Origin: Octopus sinensis
Lineage: Eukaryota
Length of the DNA: 64,000 nt
NCBI RefSeq assembly: GCF_006345805.1
Contig: NC_043009.1
Coordinates: forward strand, 21,018,001-21,082,000
Reading direction: 5' to 3'
Below the pieces are notes generated by a model, which saw nothing but the letters and a program-made list of their open reading frames with translations, did not search any database and was not told the DNA's origin. Positions 52,287-64,000 of this stretch are shown in pieces. The first letter of the stretch is position 1; each line of letters starts with the position of its first letter. The position numbers were made by a program, and so were the translations under genes.

Positions 52287-53226
52287 AAAATAGTAAAGTG
52301 TGAAAAAACGACAGAAGGCTTAAATGTTAAAAAATATATATATTTGTGTCAAAATGTCTGGAGAATATTGGAAAAATTTTTTTTCCTTTCCTTAAAATGA
52401 CATAATTTTACAAATTTTTAAAGAAATTACCGGTTTCGCGTGTAGCTTTTCAAATTTCTTGTGACGTTATGTTTATATTGCATGGAATTATCGTTGTTTT
52501 TATTTCCAGGAGATTTCTAAATAAGGGGAGGTAGTGAGTGATTTTTTCCGGTGTAGGGGAGATAATCGCTTAAAAATTTTTTTTTTTCCCTTTTCCTTGT
52601 TAATTTCTCTGTGTCAGTATGTTCGGATGGTTGAGTCTGGTTTGTACTTTTCAATGAAGAATGTTTCCTTGTTCAGTCTCATTTGTGTTGATGATCCGAA
52701 AGCACATTGGTAAAATGGGAAGATTAAAAATTGTGGCAGTAGTTGCTTTGCGCAAAGCAACTACTGCCACAATTTTTAATCTTCCCATTTTACCAATGTG
52801 CTTTCGGATCATCAACACAAATGAGACTGAACAAGGAAACATTCTTCATTGAAAAGTACAAACCCAGACTCAACCATCCGAACATACTGACACAGAGAAA
52901 TTAACAAGGAAAAGGGAAAAAAAAAAATTTTTAAGCGATTATCTCCCCTACACCGGAAAAAATCACTCACTACCTCCCCTTATTTAGAAATCTCCTGGAA
53001 ATAAAAACAACGATAATTCCATGCAATATAAACATAACGTCACAAGAAATTTGAAAAGCTACACGCGAAACCGGTAATTTCTTTAAAAATTTGTAAAATT
53101 ATGTCATTTTAAGGAAAGGAAAAAAAATTTTTCCAATATTCTCCAGACATTTTGACACAAATATATATATTTTTTAACATTTAAGCCTTCTGTCGTTTTT
53201 TCACACTTTACTATTTTCTTATATAT
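52277..53226. repeat. Near-perfect spacer-less palindrome, about 475-bp arms, made from a PLE 3' end
   Basis: Centre ttgc|gcaa at 52751/52752; mirror ORFs 52651-52842 and 52661-52852; outward frame FLIFPFYQC...RLNKETFFIEKYKPRLN is a PLE GIY-YIG terminus. Confidence 0.9.
53044..53083 (+). ncRNA. Minimal hammerhead with U3-A8 core (mirror copy at about 52420-52459, minus)
   Basis: AAGAAAT-TTGAAAA-GC(TACAC)GC-GAA-ACCGGT-A-ATTTCTT; 7-bp stem I, palindromic stem III. Confidence 0.7.
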
Positions 53227-53259
53227 TCACCCACGTGCTTTACCAAACAAACTTTCTTA

Positions 53260-53299
<40 letters not shown>

Positions 53300-53387
53300 C
53301 ACATATATATATATGCATAAACATATATATTCTATAAAAATACACACACAATGTATATATGTGTGTGAGCGCGTGTGTGCATTTGTG

Positions 53388-53435
<48 letters not shown>

Positions 53436-54377
53436 CACACATACATGTATGTATGTAATTATGTAAGTATGCATGTATGTACGTATGGATGAGTGTGTGT
53501 ATTATATTTATGTATGTATATTATTCAACACTTTAAGTTGTTAAAAAAATAGAATACAGACAGCTGACAAAAATCCAGTATTTTTTAGCAGTTCCATTTT
53601 TACATTAAAAGAAAATGTAAAAATTGTCAAAATTCCAAACCTAAAGAAGTTTGTAGATTGTTCAAACTTGTTTTTATCCCATGGCCTTTTTCATGAAAGA
53701 AAAATTGTTATGAGAGAAATAAAATTCATGGAAATAAATATTCCTATAAAGTTTGTGCTAAAATTAAAATATGAATATGTATATGTATATATATCTTAAA
53801 AACATTTTTGAAGCTGACTTGTAATTTCACAAGCTATTATTTTTAAATTACTCGACATTTTACTTTCAAACTGAACAATTATATATTGTCTGACATAATT
53901 GGAAGTAAAACAATGCCTGCAGATATTGTCAAAACATCACTTTAACATTTATTTAAAATCTTTTAATGGTTTCTTTTGACTAAACATATGACCAAAAAGG
54001 AGGGGGTAGTGTTAGAATTTACCCAAGTTAGTTACTGGGTGAATATATTATTTATCCCAGAGGGATGAAAGGCAAAGCAAACTCCAATGGGATTTAAACT
54101 TACAGAATGAATTGGAAAGAGACTAAATACTGTACAGCATTCTGGGTGGCCCTGCATGTTTGCCCAGCTCTATTACACTGAAGAATTTCTCACACTAACA
54201 GGAAACTTGAAAGGGACAAACCCATAGAAGAAATGAAGAGCCATAATGATTTGATGTTCATCCATTTCCTAAGAGCACCAGAGATGTATGAGAAAGCTCC
54301 CTCCCTGTGGTATCTGCCAATAATAATGATAATAATAGTAATGACCATGGTGATGATGATGATGATGATGATGATGA

Positions 54378-54433
<56 letters not shown>

Positions 54434-56444
54434 TAACTACTACTACTACTACTACTACTACTAATAATAATAATAATAAAAATAAAAATAATAATATTGA
54501 TGGTGATGATGATGATTTACTACATTGGAACAAAATCACATATTTTAGACAAGGAGCGATAGTTATGTAATTTGATTCCAGTATATTACTGGTACACCGG
54601 AGGGATGAAAGGCAAAGTTGACATCAACAGGATTTTGTATTCAGATCCTAAAGAAATCGGATTAAAATGCTATAAAACATTTAGTCTAGCACGTCTGTTT
54701 CTGCCAATTTAATTACTCTTTAGCATAATGATGATGATGATGATGATGATGATGACGGTTTCTGATTTATGCACAAGGTCAACAATATCTGCCCCCAGTA
54801 CATTATTTGTAAATTATCTTATCAACCCCAAGGGATGAAAGGCATATTTGACCTTGGCAAGATTGGAACTCAGAATGTAAAGAGTTGGAAAAATTATTAT
54901 TATTTCTTCTAACTCAGACTTACGTTTAAACCAGTGAAGGATGTAGGAACTGAAAAGTAAGTAATATCACTTCTATCTGGAATTCTTATTGATTCCGCTT
55001 GACTAGGAGGGTTAAGGTTCACATTCTACAGAACACTGGATATTAATCTTACAATACAGAAGGTATTAATGAAGCCTGTCTCAAATGTAGCAGCTGAGGT
55101 TGGTTGGCCAGTCTTGGACTAACCACCATTCTATACAACATACAGAAGACTGCCTTACTGGACATGGCTCTGCAGAATAAGTAATTGGAAGCAAAGCACT
55201 AATACAACCATCAGGTTATTGTCCAGCGTTGGTGCACACTCACAACTAATCAGACTCAATGAGAAATTTACAATTAAGCTACGAAAAAGAAAATAACAAA
55301 AAGATTTTAAAAAATCTAAATATAGCACAAGGCCACACATTTTAGCGGGAGGAAGAGGTATATTGGTAACTTCTATAAATCCAGTATTTCACTGGTACTT
55401 ATTTTATCCATCCGAAAGGGATGAAAGGCAAAGTTAACCCTGGCAGGATTTGCACTCTTAAAGGGATTTTACTAAATACTACAAGGCATTTTCTTCAGCA
55501 CTCTACCGATTCTGCCAGAAGATGATGATTTAGCAATGAAGATTATTATAATGATGATGATGATGATGTTGATGATGATGATGTTAATTATGATTTCTTT
55601 GAGCGAGATAACAAGGCCAATATTTTCTAAAGGGATGGAGTATGTTGGATCCTTTTCAGGGAAATGCTAGACTTCACCAAAATTGAAAATAATTCCAAAA
55701 GATGAAAACTGAGAAGAGTAAAACCAAAGCTGTAATGCATTCGGATGAACATGACTGTTCCTTCATCACCAACATGAACACAACAACAACAACAACGATG
55801 ATGATGATGATGATGATTTCTAATATCGGCAAAAAGGCCATGAATGGCAGGAAGGGGGTAATACAGTTGATTAAATCAACCCCATTACAATGTCATTATT
55901 TTATTGAACCCTTGGAAGGATGTAAGACAAAGTTTGCCTTGTTGGGATTTGAACTCAGAACATAAAGGGTTATAACTAAATGCTACAAAGCATTTTGCTC
56001 AGTGCTCTAATTGCGTCTATCCAACAATAATGATTGATTACATTGGCACATTGCCATGCAACTTTTTAGGTGGTAGGGTGGGGTGGGGAGATATATACTT
56101 TATTTTATTGACCACCCCTGGAGAGATTAAAGGCAAAGTTGACCTCGGTGGGATTTGAACTCAAAATGTAAAAGGCTGTAACTAATATGGAAAGGCATTT
56201 TGTCTGGTGCTCTAGCAATTCTGCCACTCTCAAAAAATAAATAAATAATTAAAAGAGAAAAAAAGATGAAATAATGATAATAAATTTGCAACATAGGCAT
56301 GAAGCCATATATTTATAGAAAAAGAATATAGGAAGTGGGGACATTCATGCCTTATTTCGAAGACATTGGAAAGGTAATGTGAAGTGGTCCCAATTTTGCA
56401 TGGACTCACTCCATAAAGAATTTGCTGTTGCTCAATAGCACCTG

Positions 56445-56512
<68 letters not shown>

Positions 56513-57250
56513 AATAATAATAATAATAATTATGATAATGACTGTGAAAATGATTTCTAAGCTTGGCCCAAAGACATACATTTATAAGGGAGTAGGGTAT
56601 AGTCAATTAAATTGACCATCCCAAGTACATAGCTGGTACTTATATTATCAACCCTGGAAGGATTCAAACTCACAACATAAAGGGAATGTAAGTAAATACC
56701 ACAGAATATTAAATGCAAATAAAAGAAGAAGAAGAAGAAGAAGAAGAAGAGAAGAAGAAGAAGAAGAAGAAGAAGAAGAAGAAAGAAGAAGAAGAAGAAG
56801 AGGGGAGGAAGAAGATGAAGAAGAAGAATAAGAAGGGAGAAGAGAAGGAAGAGAAAAAAGGAGAAATGTGTAAGAATGTTTAGAAAATGACCAATTTAGG
56901 AAAGACGAATTATGGCTAATATTTTGGTAATTTTGATAAAAGAAATTGATATAAAAAATGATTAAGACCCTTCCCCTGAAACTGTAAATGTGAACTAATT
57001 AAGTCCATAAAATAATATATATGTAGCAAATATATGTTGGTGAAATGTGTTATTCTGTGTTATATAGAAATGAAATAAAAAAAAATAATAAAACATTGAG
57101 GATTTCAAACTGTTTTTGTTAGTTTGGTCTTCAAATCAGTTCTAATTAATAACAATAAAACTGACTTCATTCATTTCCAGGTTTCTCTACATAAAATATA
57201 AAATTGTAAATATTGTTCATACCTCAGCATGGATGATTATAATAGATGAT

Positions 57251-57293
<43 letters not shown>

Positions 57294-57386
57294 GCAAAAA
57301 AAAATAATCCGATTTAATATGAGTTAAGCAAACTATACAAATAAAAAATGTCATGGAAATAATATATTTTATGATAGAAATAAAAG

Positions 57387-57447
<61 letters not shown>

Positions 57448-57608
57448 TAATAATAATAATAATAATAATATGTTTAAAAGTTGGGAGTTTGACATTGTCT
57501 TCTACTTCATCAGTAATTGTCCCCTTACCTAACAAATAATAATAATACAGTTCAGATCAGAACACTATTTATGTACATAAAGCAAGACATTTTTCGAACT
57601 TGGTCCAT

Positions 57609-57680
57609 TTATACATTTCCATAAGCTTGGAATCGGTCAATATATTCCATGACAGCTGTATAGCAAAATTTAAATTGGTC
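57609..57680 (-). CDS. Last coding exon of a receptor-type protein tyrosine phosphatase (C-terminal PTP domain end)
   Basis: Acceptor tttttctctcttccag|GAC, frame DQFKFCYTAVMEYIDRFQAYGNV*, resembling the PTPRA/LAR-type ending (EQYxFCYxxxxEYxDxF). Confidence 0.85.
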   Translation of the reverse strand, partial: DQFKFCYTAVMEYIDRFQAYGNV

Positions 57681-58344
57681 CTGGAAGAGAGAAAAATTGA
57701 AAATAACAAAAACATGAAACATTTTTGTAAATGACTTTTATAAATAAGAAAAAACTCCTACAATCAAATAACATATCTACAAAAAAAAAAATAACATATC
57801 TAGATAAAAGAGCAACCATTTGTATGCACACACACACACGCGTGCATGTGTATGTGCATGCACACATATAATGATGGCTATATTTTGTTGATGAACATAA
57901 AACAAGTTGGAAGCCTGTGTGATGTCTCTCATACTTGCCAGTAAAATGATTATTATGTTTCTCATTAACTCTTCTTTCTACATTCTATATTTCTAATATA
58001 AGTCATAAGGTTACATAGTTTGGAGGAGAGTATAGCCAATGAAACTGGCCCCAGTATTTTACTGGTATTTTATTTTAATGACCCTGGAAGGAAGAATGTC
58101 AAAGTCAACCATGGCAAGATTTGAATTCAGAATATTACAGCACTGTAAATAAATATCTTAAGTTCTATTCAGTAAAGATTTTGCCAATCTGCACCCACCC
58201 AAATACTGAATCTGGGAACACTTACAAAAATAAAGAGTCTATGTGTGTATATGTTTAGAATTTAATGTTGGATGGTCGGTAGGGTTTGGTTATGTGCTGC
58301 TTCCCATATAAAAACCAAATTCATTTTTGATTTTTGATGAGGCC

Positions 58345-58710
58345 ATTTATTTCTTCGTCTCTTTTCTCTTTTACTTGTTTCAGTCACTAGACTACAGCCA
58401 TGCTGGGGCACTGCTTCGAAGAATTTTTAGTTGAATGAATCAACCCCAGTACTATTCTATCAGTCTCTTTTGCTGAACTGTTAAGTTAATGGGATGTAAA
58501 CACACCAACACTGGTTGACAAGCAGTGGTAGGGGGGACAACACAGACACAAAGACGCACACACACATACACGATGGGCTTCTTTTAGTTTCTGTCTACCA
58601 AATCTACTCACAAGGCTTTGGCCAGCTCAAGGCTATAATATAAGACACTTGCCCAAGGTTCAATGGGACTGAACTTGGAACCATGTGGTTTGGAAGTAAG
58701 CTTCTTACCT
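58345..58710 (-). mobile_element. SINE (third family)
   Basis: Minus head gtaagaagcttacttcc...GGTTCCAAGTTC, aaagccttgtgagtagatttggtagacagaaac; related fragment at 15780-15920. Confidence 0.6.
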
Positions 58711-58979
58711 CACAACCAACATGTGCATATTTGTGTTCTTCATTCCAAAATAATAAAAACTTTAACATACTTCCAAAATGGGACTTCATCCATATGTATC
58801 CGTGTGCATATATGTGCATGGGGCGTTGGTGCACAAGAAAAGCATTTACAGAAATGAATGTGCACAATGTTACACCTCTGAATTTCTTTTGAGCCAGTGA
58901 CTAAACTTGAAGAAGTATTTTGTTGGGATTAATCCAATGAATTTATCAGAATCGTTTAGCTTTAAAGCGAAAAAACAAA

Positions 58980-60860
58980 ACCAACGTATATGACAGATGT
59001 CATGCATGATTGTCATAAAGTGTTGTAGCTTTAGGTCTTCTGTAGCGAGACTGACAGACCAGTTATGTTCCATGACCTCTTTCTTGATACTCTTCCAATC
59101 AGCTTTGTGTAAGTTCAGGCTGGGGAGGAGTTGGGTGCTTCTAGTAGCCTGCATGGCTGTAGTCTTCTGTGGACCATTCATTGTTAGTTCTATTAAGTTA
59201 TGGTCTGAGAAAAATCATTGGTGTCACCCCAACATTATGGATGAGTGCCACGGCGTTTGTGAAACAGAAGTCCAGGACATTTTTTCTCCTTGTTGGGTGG
59301 AGCAATATTTACTCCATTAAAGAGCATGTTAGTGAGGTGATGCAGAGATTCTGCATGCCTCAGGCCATGCAGTGACATACCTGAGAGAATTTGACCTTCA
59401 GGCCATTTGACATAAGGGAGGGTGAAATCCCTTAAAACAAATATATGCAGGCTGTCATCCAGGTTGGTTAAAGCTTCTTTCATTTCTTGGAGGCTCTCTT
59501 CAAATGATTCCCCATGATTTGGAGCATTTGGTGGGTGATACATGGTACACATTAGTTCCATCTGTTGAATGTGTACCACTAGAGTGTCACAGACTGAGTT
59601 TGAGTGTGACAGCAGGACCACAGGTGTGACATCTTCCTGGATGTAAATTGCCTCTCCACCAGGAGTCCTTTCTCTCTTGTCAGTTTGAAACACAACATAC
59701 CCTGGTATGTGTATCTCAGCATCTGATACCTCTATATTCAGATGTGTTTCTGTTAGTGACACACATATTGCTTGATTACATGCCACTAAGTCTCTCAGGT
59801 ATTGTGTTTTGCGTTGTTGCGAGGCTCCTGATGTTCAGCAAGAATACTGGTGTGATATGTAGGGTGTCGGTAGTGGCCAGTGGTCAGACATGGACAGAAG
59901 TGTCAGAGTTGGCCACCCTGGATCCTTTGTTGTTTGAGGTGGTCGTGAGTACTGGTACGTGTTCCTCATACTGGATGTCTGGTGAAGCCAGGTCAGCTGC
60001 CTTACAATCTTCTGTGCGACCTCCAAAAAAGCCTGTTGTTAAGCAGCTGCTATCTGCACTGCATCAACAGTTTGTTTCTTCCTAGGAGCAGTGTGTGCAC
60101 CATCCACACACTTCCATGGTGGTGGCATTGTATCTTGTGATCTGATGCTGTGTTGTTGGAGGCTGTTCTTCCTGGTCTTCAGGCAAGTGGAACGAGCACT
60201 GTTCATATGGGATTTGGGATGAATAAATCTGCAGCCTGTCCCAATGTCACCATGCCAGCAGGTACCCTTTACATAGAACTTGCAGACTGGTTTGGTTTCC
60301 TTTTAACCAGAGCCATTACCTTTGCAGGTTCTATTTCGTTTTTCTTGTGAATCCGCTTTGAGCCCACATTCATTCTCAGACCCGCCAACCCACTGGTGCC
60401 TTTGTTTTTGTTTGTTTTTCCTGCTTTACTTTGCTGTTGTTTTTCTCCCCCCTGCAAACCTTCACCTTTAGTTTCTCCTGGTGAACTTTGGTATTCTTCT
60501 TGGACTCCCAGTTGTCCAGGGTGTTGATGTCTCCTTTGTTTTGCTCCTCTCTTTCAGCCTTATCCTGAACTTCTTGGATTCTATGGGGTCACTAGCTTCC
60601 TTTTCTTTTTCACACTTTTGTACCTTCACCTCCACTTTAACTATTTTCTCTAAGTTTAAGTGTGGTTGTATTAAGGTATAATGAGTGAATGAGCTCATTT
60701 TTTTCCCTCTCAATTTCAGCTATGGTTCAATGAAAACCAAAGCTCTTCAGGGCCTCTGCAATAAGAGAGTTTGGCAGCGCTGCTTCTGCCAGGTTCCATG
60801 CGAGGAACACTGAATTTCCTCAACCAGCCAGTTTCTCTGAATTTTGGAACTTATGCTTTC
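58980..60860 (-). mobile_element. CR1-like LINE 5' portion: ORF1 with CCCH-type finger remnant and AP endonuclease, no RT
   Basis: CKFYVKGTCWHGDIGTGCRFIHP; ACNQAICVSLTETHL...FQTDKRERTPGG; NLHKADWK. Confidence 0.75.
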
Positions 60861-61956
60861 TTTCATGTAGTTTGCTTTGCTGAAGTCCATTTGATGAGAT
60901 AGGGAGAAAGGAAATGTCAGGAAGAAGTGGGGACAGATATAAAAGAGTGGAGAGAGAAAGAGAGAGGGTGGTGGTGAAGAAAGCAGAGTAATGGGGAGGG
61001 TGAGAGAAATATAGAGGTAGTGAGGGGGACAGAGAGGAGAGATGTAAGGCAGTGACGAGAAGCGGATGGGAAATGTATATGTATCGCGAGAGTGAGGAAG
61101 GGAGAGATTCAGAGAGGGAGGAAAGACAAGACAGAGACAAATAAATTAGTAAATACAGGAAGTGTTGAGAGAGAGAGAGAAGTGTGAGAGGAGAGTGAGA
61201 GAGATGAAAGAGATTTTAAAGGAGTATAAGAGAGAGGTGTATTGTGAGCGAAGAGAGAAAGAAAATATAGATAAAGAAATTAAATATCTTTTTTTCTAAT
61301 GGATAAAATTTTACGAAACCTTTACCAATATATTCCTTTAGCATTTCTCTTTCATATTAATATCAATATAATAATTCTTAATCAAAATTAAAAGAATGAT
61401 GTGGATTCAAAGTGTCAATGTCGGGTATAACTACCGTCAGTCAACCAGTTTTGTCTATATATTTTTGCTCTTAACTTTTTTCTACTGCACTAGATTTTAA
61501 GTATTTTATCTCTAAATGTAGCTTATATGTAGTCAAACATAATTAAAAAACAAAATTTGATTTCGATTAAAACTGGATTAGTGAGATTGCTTGAAGACGC
61601 CGAGTGCAACCAAAAAGCGATGTTAAGAATATTATTCAACCCCTACTGTAGTTGAATGATAAACATGCATCTCTGGTTATATAAAATGCTGAAGAATTTA
61701 CACCTCTGATTATCTTATAATAATTCTACTTGTCGCTCCATTACTTAGCTTGACCATAACACTTTCATGTGATTCGATGAAGGGAAAGTTGAAGAGTGAG
61801 AGAAAAAAAGAGGGAGAGAGAAGCGTCCACGATGTGAGGCAGGGGGAATGTAATATTTATTACGTGGTTAAAAAAGTTAGTTAACGGTAGTGATACAGAG
61901 AGTAGTTAGGTATATAATTTTAGCAGAGGGGCGATGTTCTGATGGTGAGGTTAAAG

Positions 61957-62091
<135 letters not shown>

Positions 62092-62519
62092 GATGATGAT
62101 GATGATGAAGACGGTGGTGAAGGTGTGGTACTGGTGCTGTTGTTGTTAAGCAACAAGACGGGTAAGGGTGATTAGATGATGGTCTAGGGATTAGGGGCGG
62201 GAGACCCCAGACCTTGGAAAAAAAAAAACCTTGCTCGTCTTGTTGTAGTCGAGGGCTCTTCGTTGACGCCTGACACCACTGGGAGGTGGCCCTCGAAGTT
62301 GCTGGAAATGGAGATCTCCAGGTCCAAATTCTTGAACGGCTACTGCTGGTGCTGGAGATGGTGGTGAATTGAAAGCCAATGATGTGGTTTTCAGAGTATA
62401 TCATGTTGCATTAAATTTCTACCCCTCGTGAAATTGTGACTCCTATATTTTACATCTAAAACAAGTTTTTGTGCTATAAAATTTTTATCTTCTTGGTATG
62501 AAATTGGGACCATATAAAT

Positions 62520-62800
62520 TTTAAAATGCAATTTTTTTGTTAATGGGAAAAATGGAAAAATAGAAGTGAATATTCATTCTATGAGTGTTGTATATTAAGT
62601 CTATAAAATTGTGCATAAAGTATATAAAGTGCATTAAGTAATCATTGTATCCTAATTTCTTCCACTTTTCAATGAGTAGAAGACGAGCAGCTATCTTTTG
62701 ATACAAGCACAACACAGGTTATGCTTTCAGGTTTTTTGGATAAAGTTTTCAGAAATAACCCAGTAGGTTTATCATTAAATCCATGAAATATTCGCAGGTC
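62520..62800 (-). mobile_element. Possible L1/Tx1 ORF2 C-terminal relic
   Basis: KPTGLFLKTL... then AARLLLIEKWKK resembles the AARLLIAxxWK motif. Confidence 0.35.
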
Positions 62801-62869
62801 CTACTAGTTAAATATAATCCTACATCAACACTCCTGTCAATATACAGCCACAGAAATAGTTGATGGATT

Positions 62870-63762
62870 CTGTTATTTAGGAGACCAAGTCAGTAACAGA
62901 GGTGGATGCTCTGAGAGTGTAGCTGTGAGAATAAGGACAGGCTGGGCAAAGTTCAGAGAGATCCTACCCCTGCTGGCAACAAAGGGCCTCTCCCTCAGAG
63001 TGAAAGGCAAATTGCATGATGCCTATGAGTGAACAGCTATGCTACATGGCAGTGAAACATGGGCTGTGACCATTGAGGACATGTGTAGGCTTGACAGAAA
63101 TGAAGCCAGTATGTTTTGGTGGATGTGCAATGTTAGTGTCCATGTATGATAGAGTGTAAGCGTCTTGAGAGAAAAGTTGGACATAAGAAGCATCACATGT
63201 GGTGTGCAAGAGAGATGACTGCACTGGTATGATCATGTGCTGCATATGGATGAGGACAGGTGTGTGAAGAAGTGCCAATCTCCAACTGTGGAGGAAATCT
63301 GTGAAAGGGGTAGACCGAAGAAGACATGGGATGAGATGGTGAAGCATGATCTTTGAATGTCAGGCCTCATGGAGGCAATGACAAGTGACTGAGACCTTTG
63401 GCAATATGCCATACTTAAGAAGACCCCTCAACCCAAGTGAAATCATAGTCATGGCCAGTGCTGGTGTTATGTAACAGGCACCCATGGTAAGTTATTGAGA
63501 TGGTAAGTTATTGAGACCTTTGGTGACACACCATGCTCAAGAAAACTCATCAAGCCAAGTAAAATTGTAGTTGTGGCCAATGCGGGTGTCATGTGACTGG
63601 CTTCCATGCTGGTGGCACGTAAAAAGCACCCATTACACTCTTAGAGTGGTTGGCGTTAGAAACCAAGCTAAATCAGATTGTAACCTGGTGCAGCCTTCCA
63701 GCTTACCAGTTTCAGTTGAGCTAAGCTAGGCCATCATGGAAAGCAGACACTAAATGATGATG
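62870..63762 (+). mobile_element. 5'-truncated RTE LINE
   Basis: GGCSESVAVRIRTGWAKFREIL, AMLHGSETWA, GRPKKTW; (GAT)n tail. Confidence 0.9.
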
Positions 63763-63764
63763 AT

Positions 63765-63795
<31 letters not shown>

Positions 63796-64000
63796 TCTAT
63801 ATATAATCTTCTATACGACCCCAATCCCACCCTATCTATGCAGTTCCCTTGCAGACTGATTTCCTGGCAAGAGATCAATCCTATAGTTATATGTTACAAT
63901 CTGTTTCAAGCATCTCTAGAAATAGCCACAATGTTATGTTCTGTATTCTGTCTTTGTCAGTGTTTACCTCCATATCAGTTATGACCATCCAGTCATTTTT

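Larger units (their letters stand above)
50265..58190 (-). mobile_element. Cluster of nine co-oriented short tRNA-SINE copies interspersed with (AAT)n/(GAT)n/(ACT)n/(GAA)n microsatellites
   Basis: Motif cccag...tacttattttatc.accc...ggatgaaaggcaaagt.gacc...atttgaactcagaa near 50280, 54040, 54570, 54800, 55380, 55880, 56100, 56620 and 58050. Confidence 0.75.

Noticed and set aside
54233-54570. Poly-D/T/N, poly-M/L and poly-V ORFs
   Set aside because: Compound (GAT)n(ACT)n(AAT)n microsatellite
57217-57535. Hydrophobic poly-L/I ORFs resembling membrane proteins
   Set aside because: (AAT)n tracts downstream of the PTP stop codon

Overview
AT-rich, microsatellite-dense animal genomic DNA. The repeat families (RTE LINE with (GAT)n tail, tRNA-SINEs, Penelope-like elements, mariners) look cephalopod/Octopus-like, which is an inference. 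Host genes: (i) the last coding exon of a receptor-type protein tyrosine phosphatase on the minus strand (57609-57680), not in the ORF track; (ii) a phase-compatible chain of minus-strand exons of an unrecognised K/S/E/T-rich protein (16789 to 650). Most of the rest is transposon-derived: RTE and CR1-like LINEs, mariner/maT/hAT relics, Helitrons, MITEs, SINEs and Penelope-like elements (PLEs). The most striking unexplained structure is a dense set of minimal hammerhead-ribozyme (HHR) motifs found by eye: 11 recognisable motifs plus one dead copy, in about 7 sequence families. Most sit in PLE-type inverted or direct terminal repeats. They include two unrelated families with a compensatory U3-A8 core, a non-coding HHR-repeat/internal/HHR-repeat unit of about 890 nt (retrozyme-like), and a spacer-less, near-perfect palindrome of about 950 bp. 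All folds and alignments were done by eye; none was computed.
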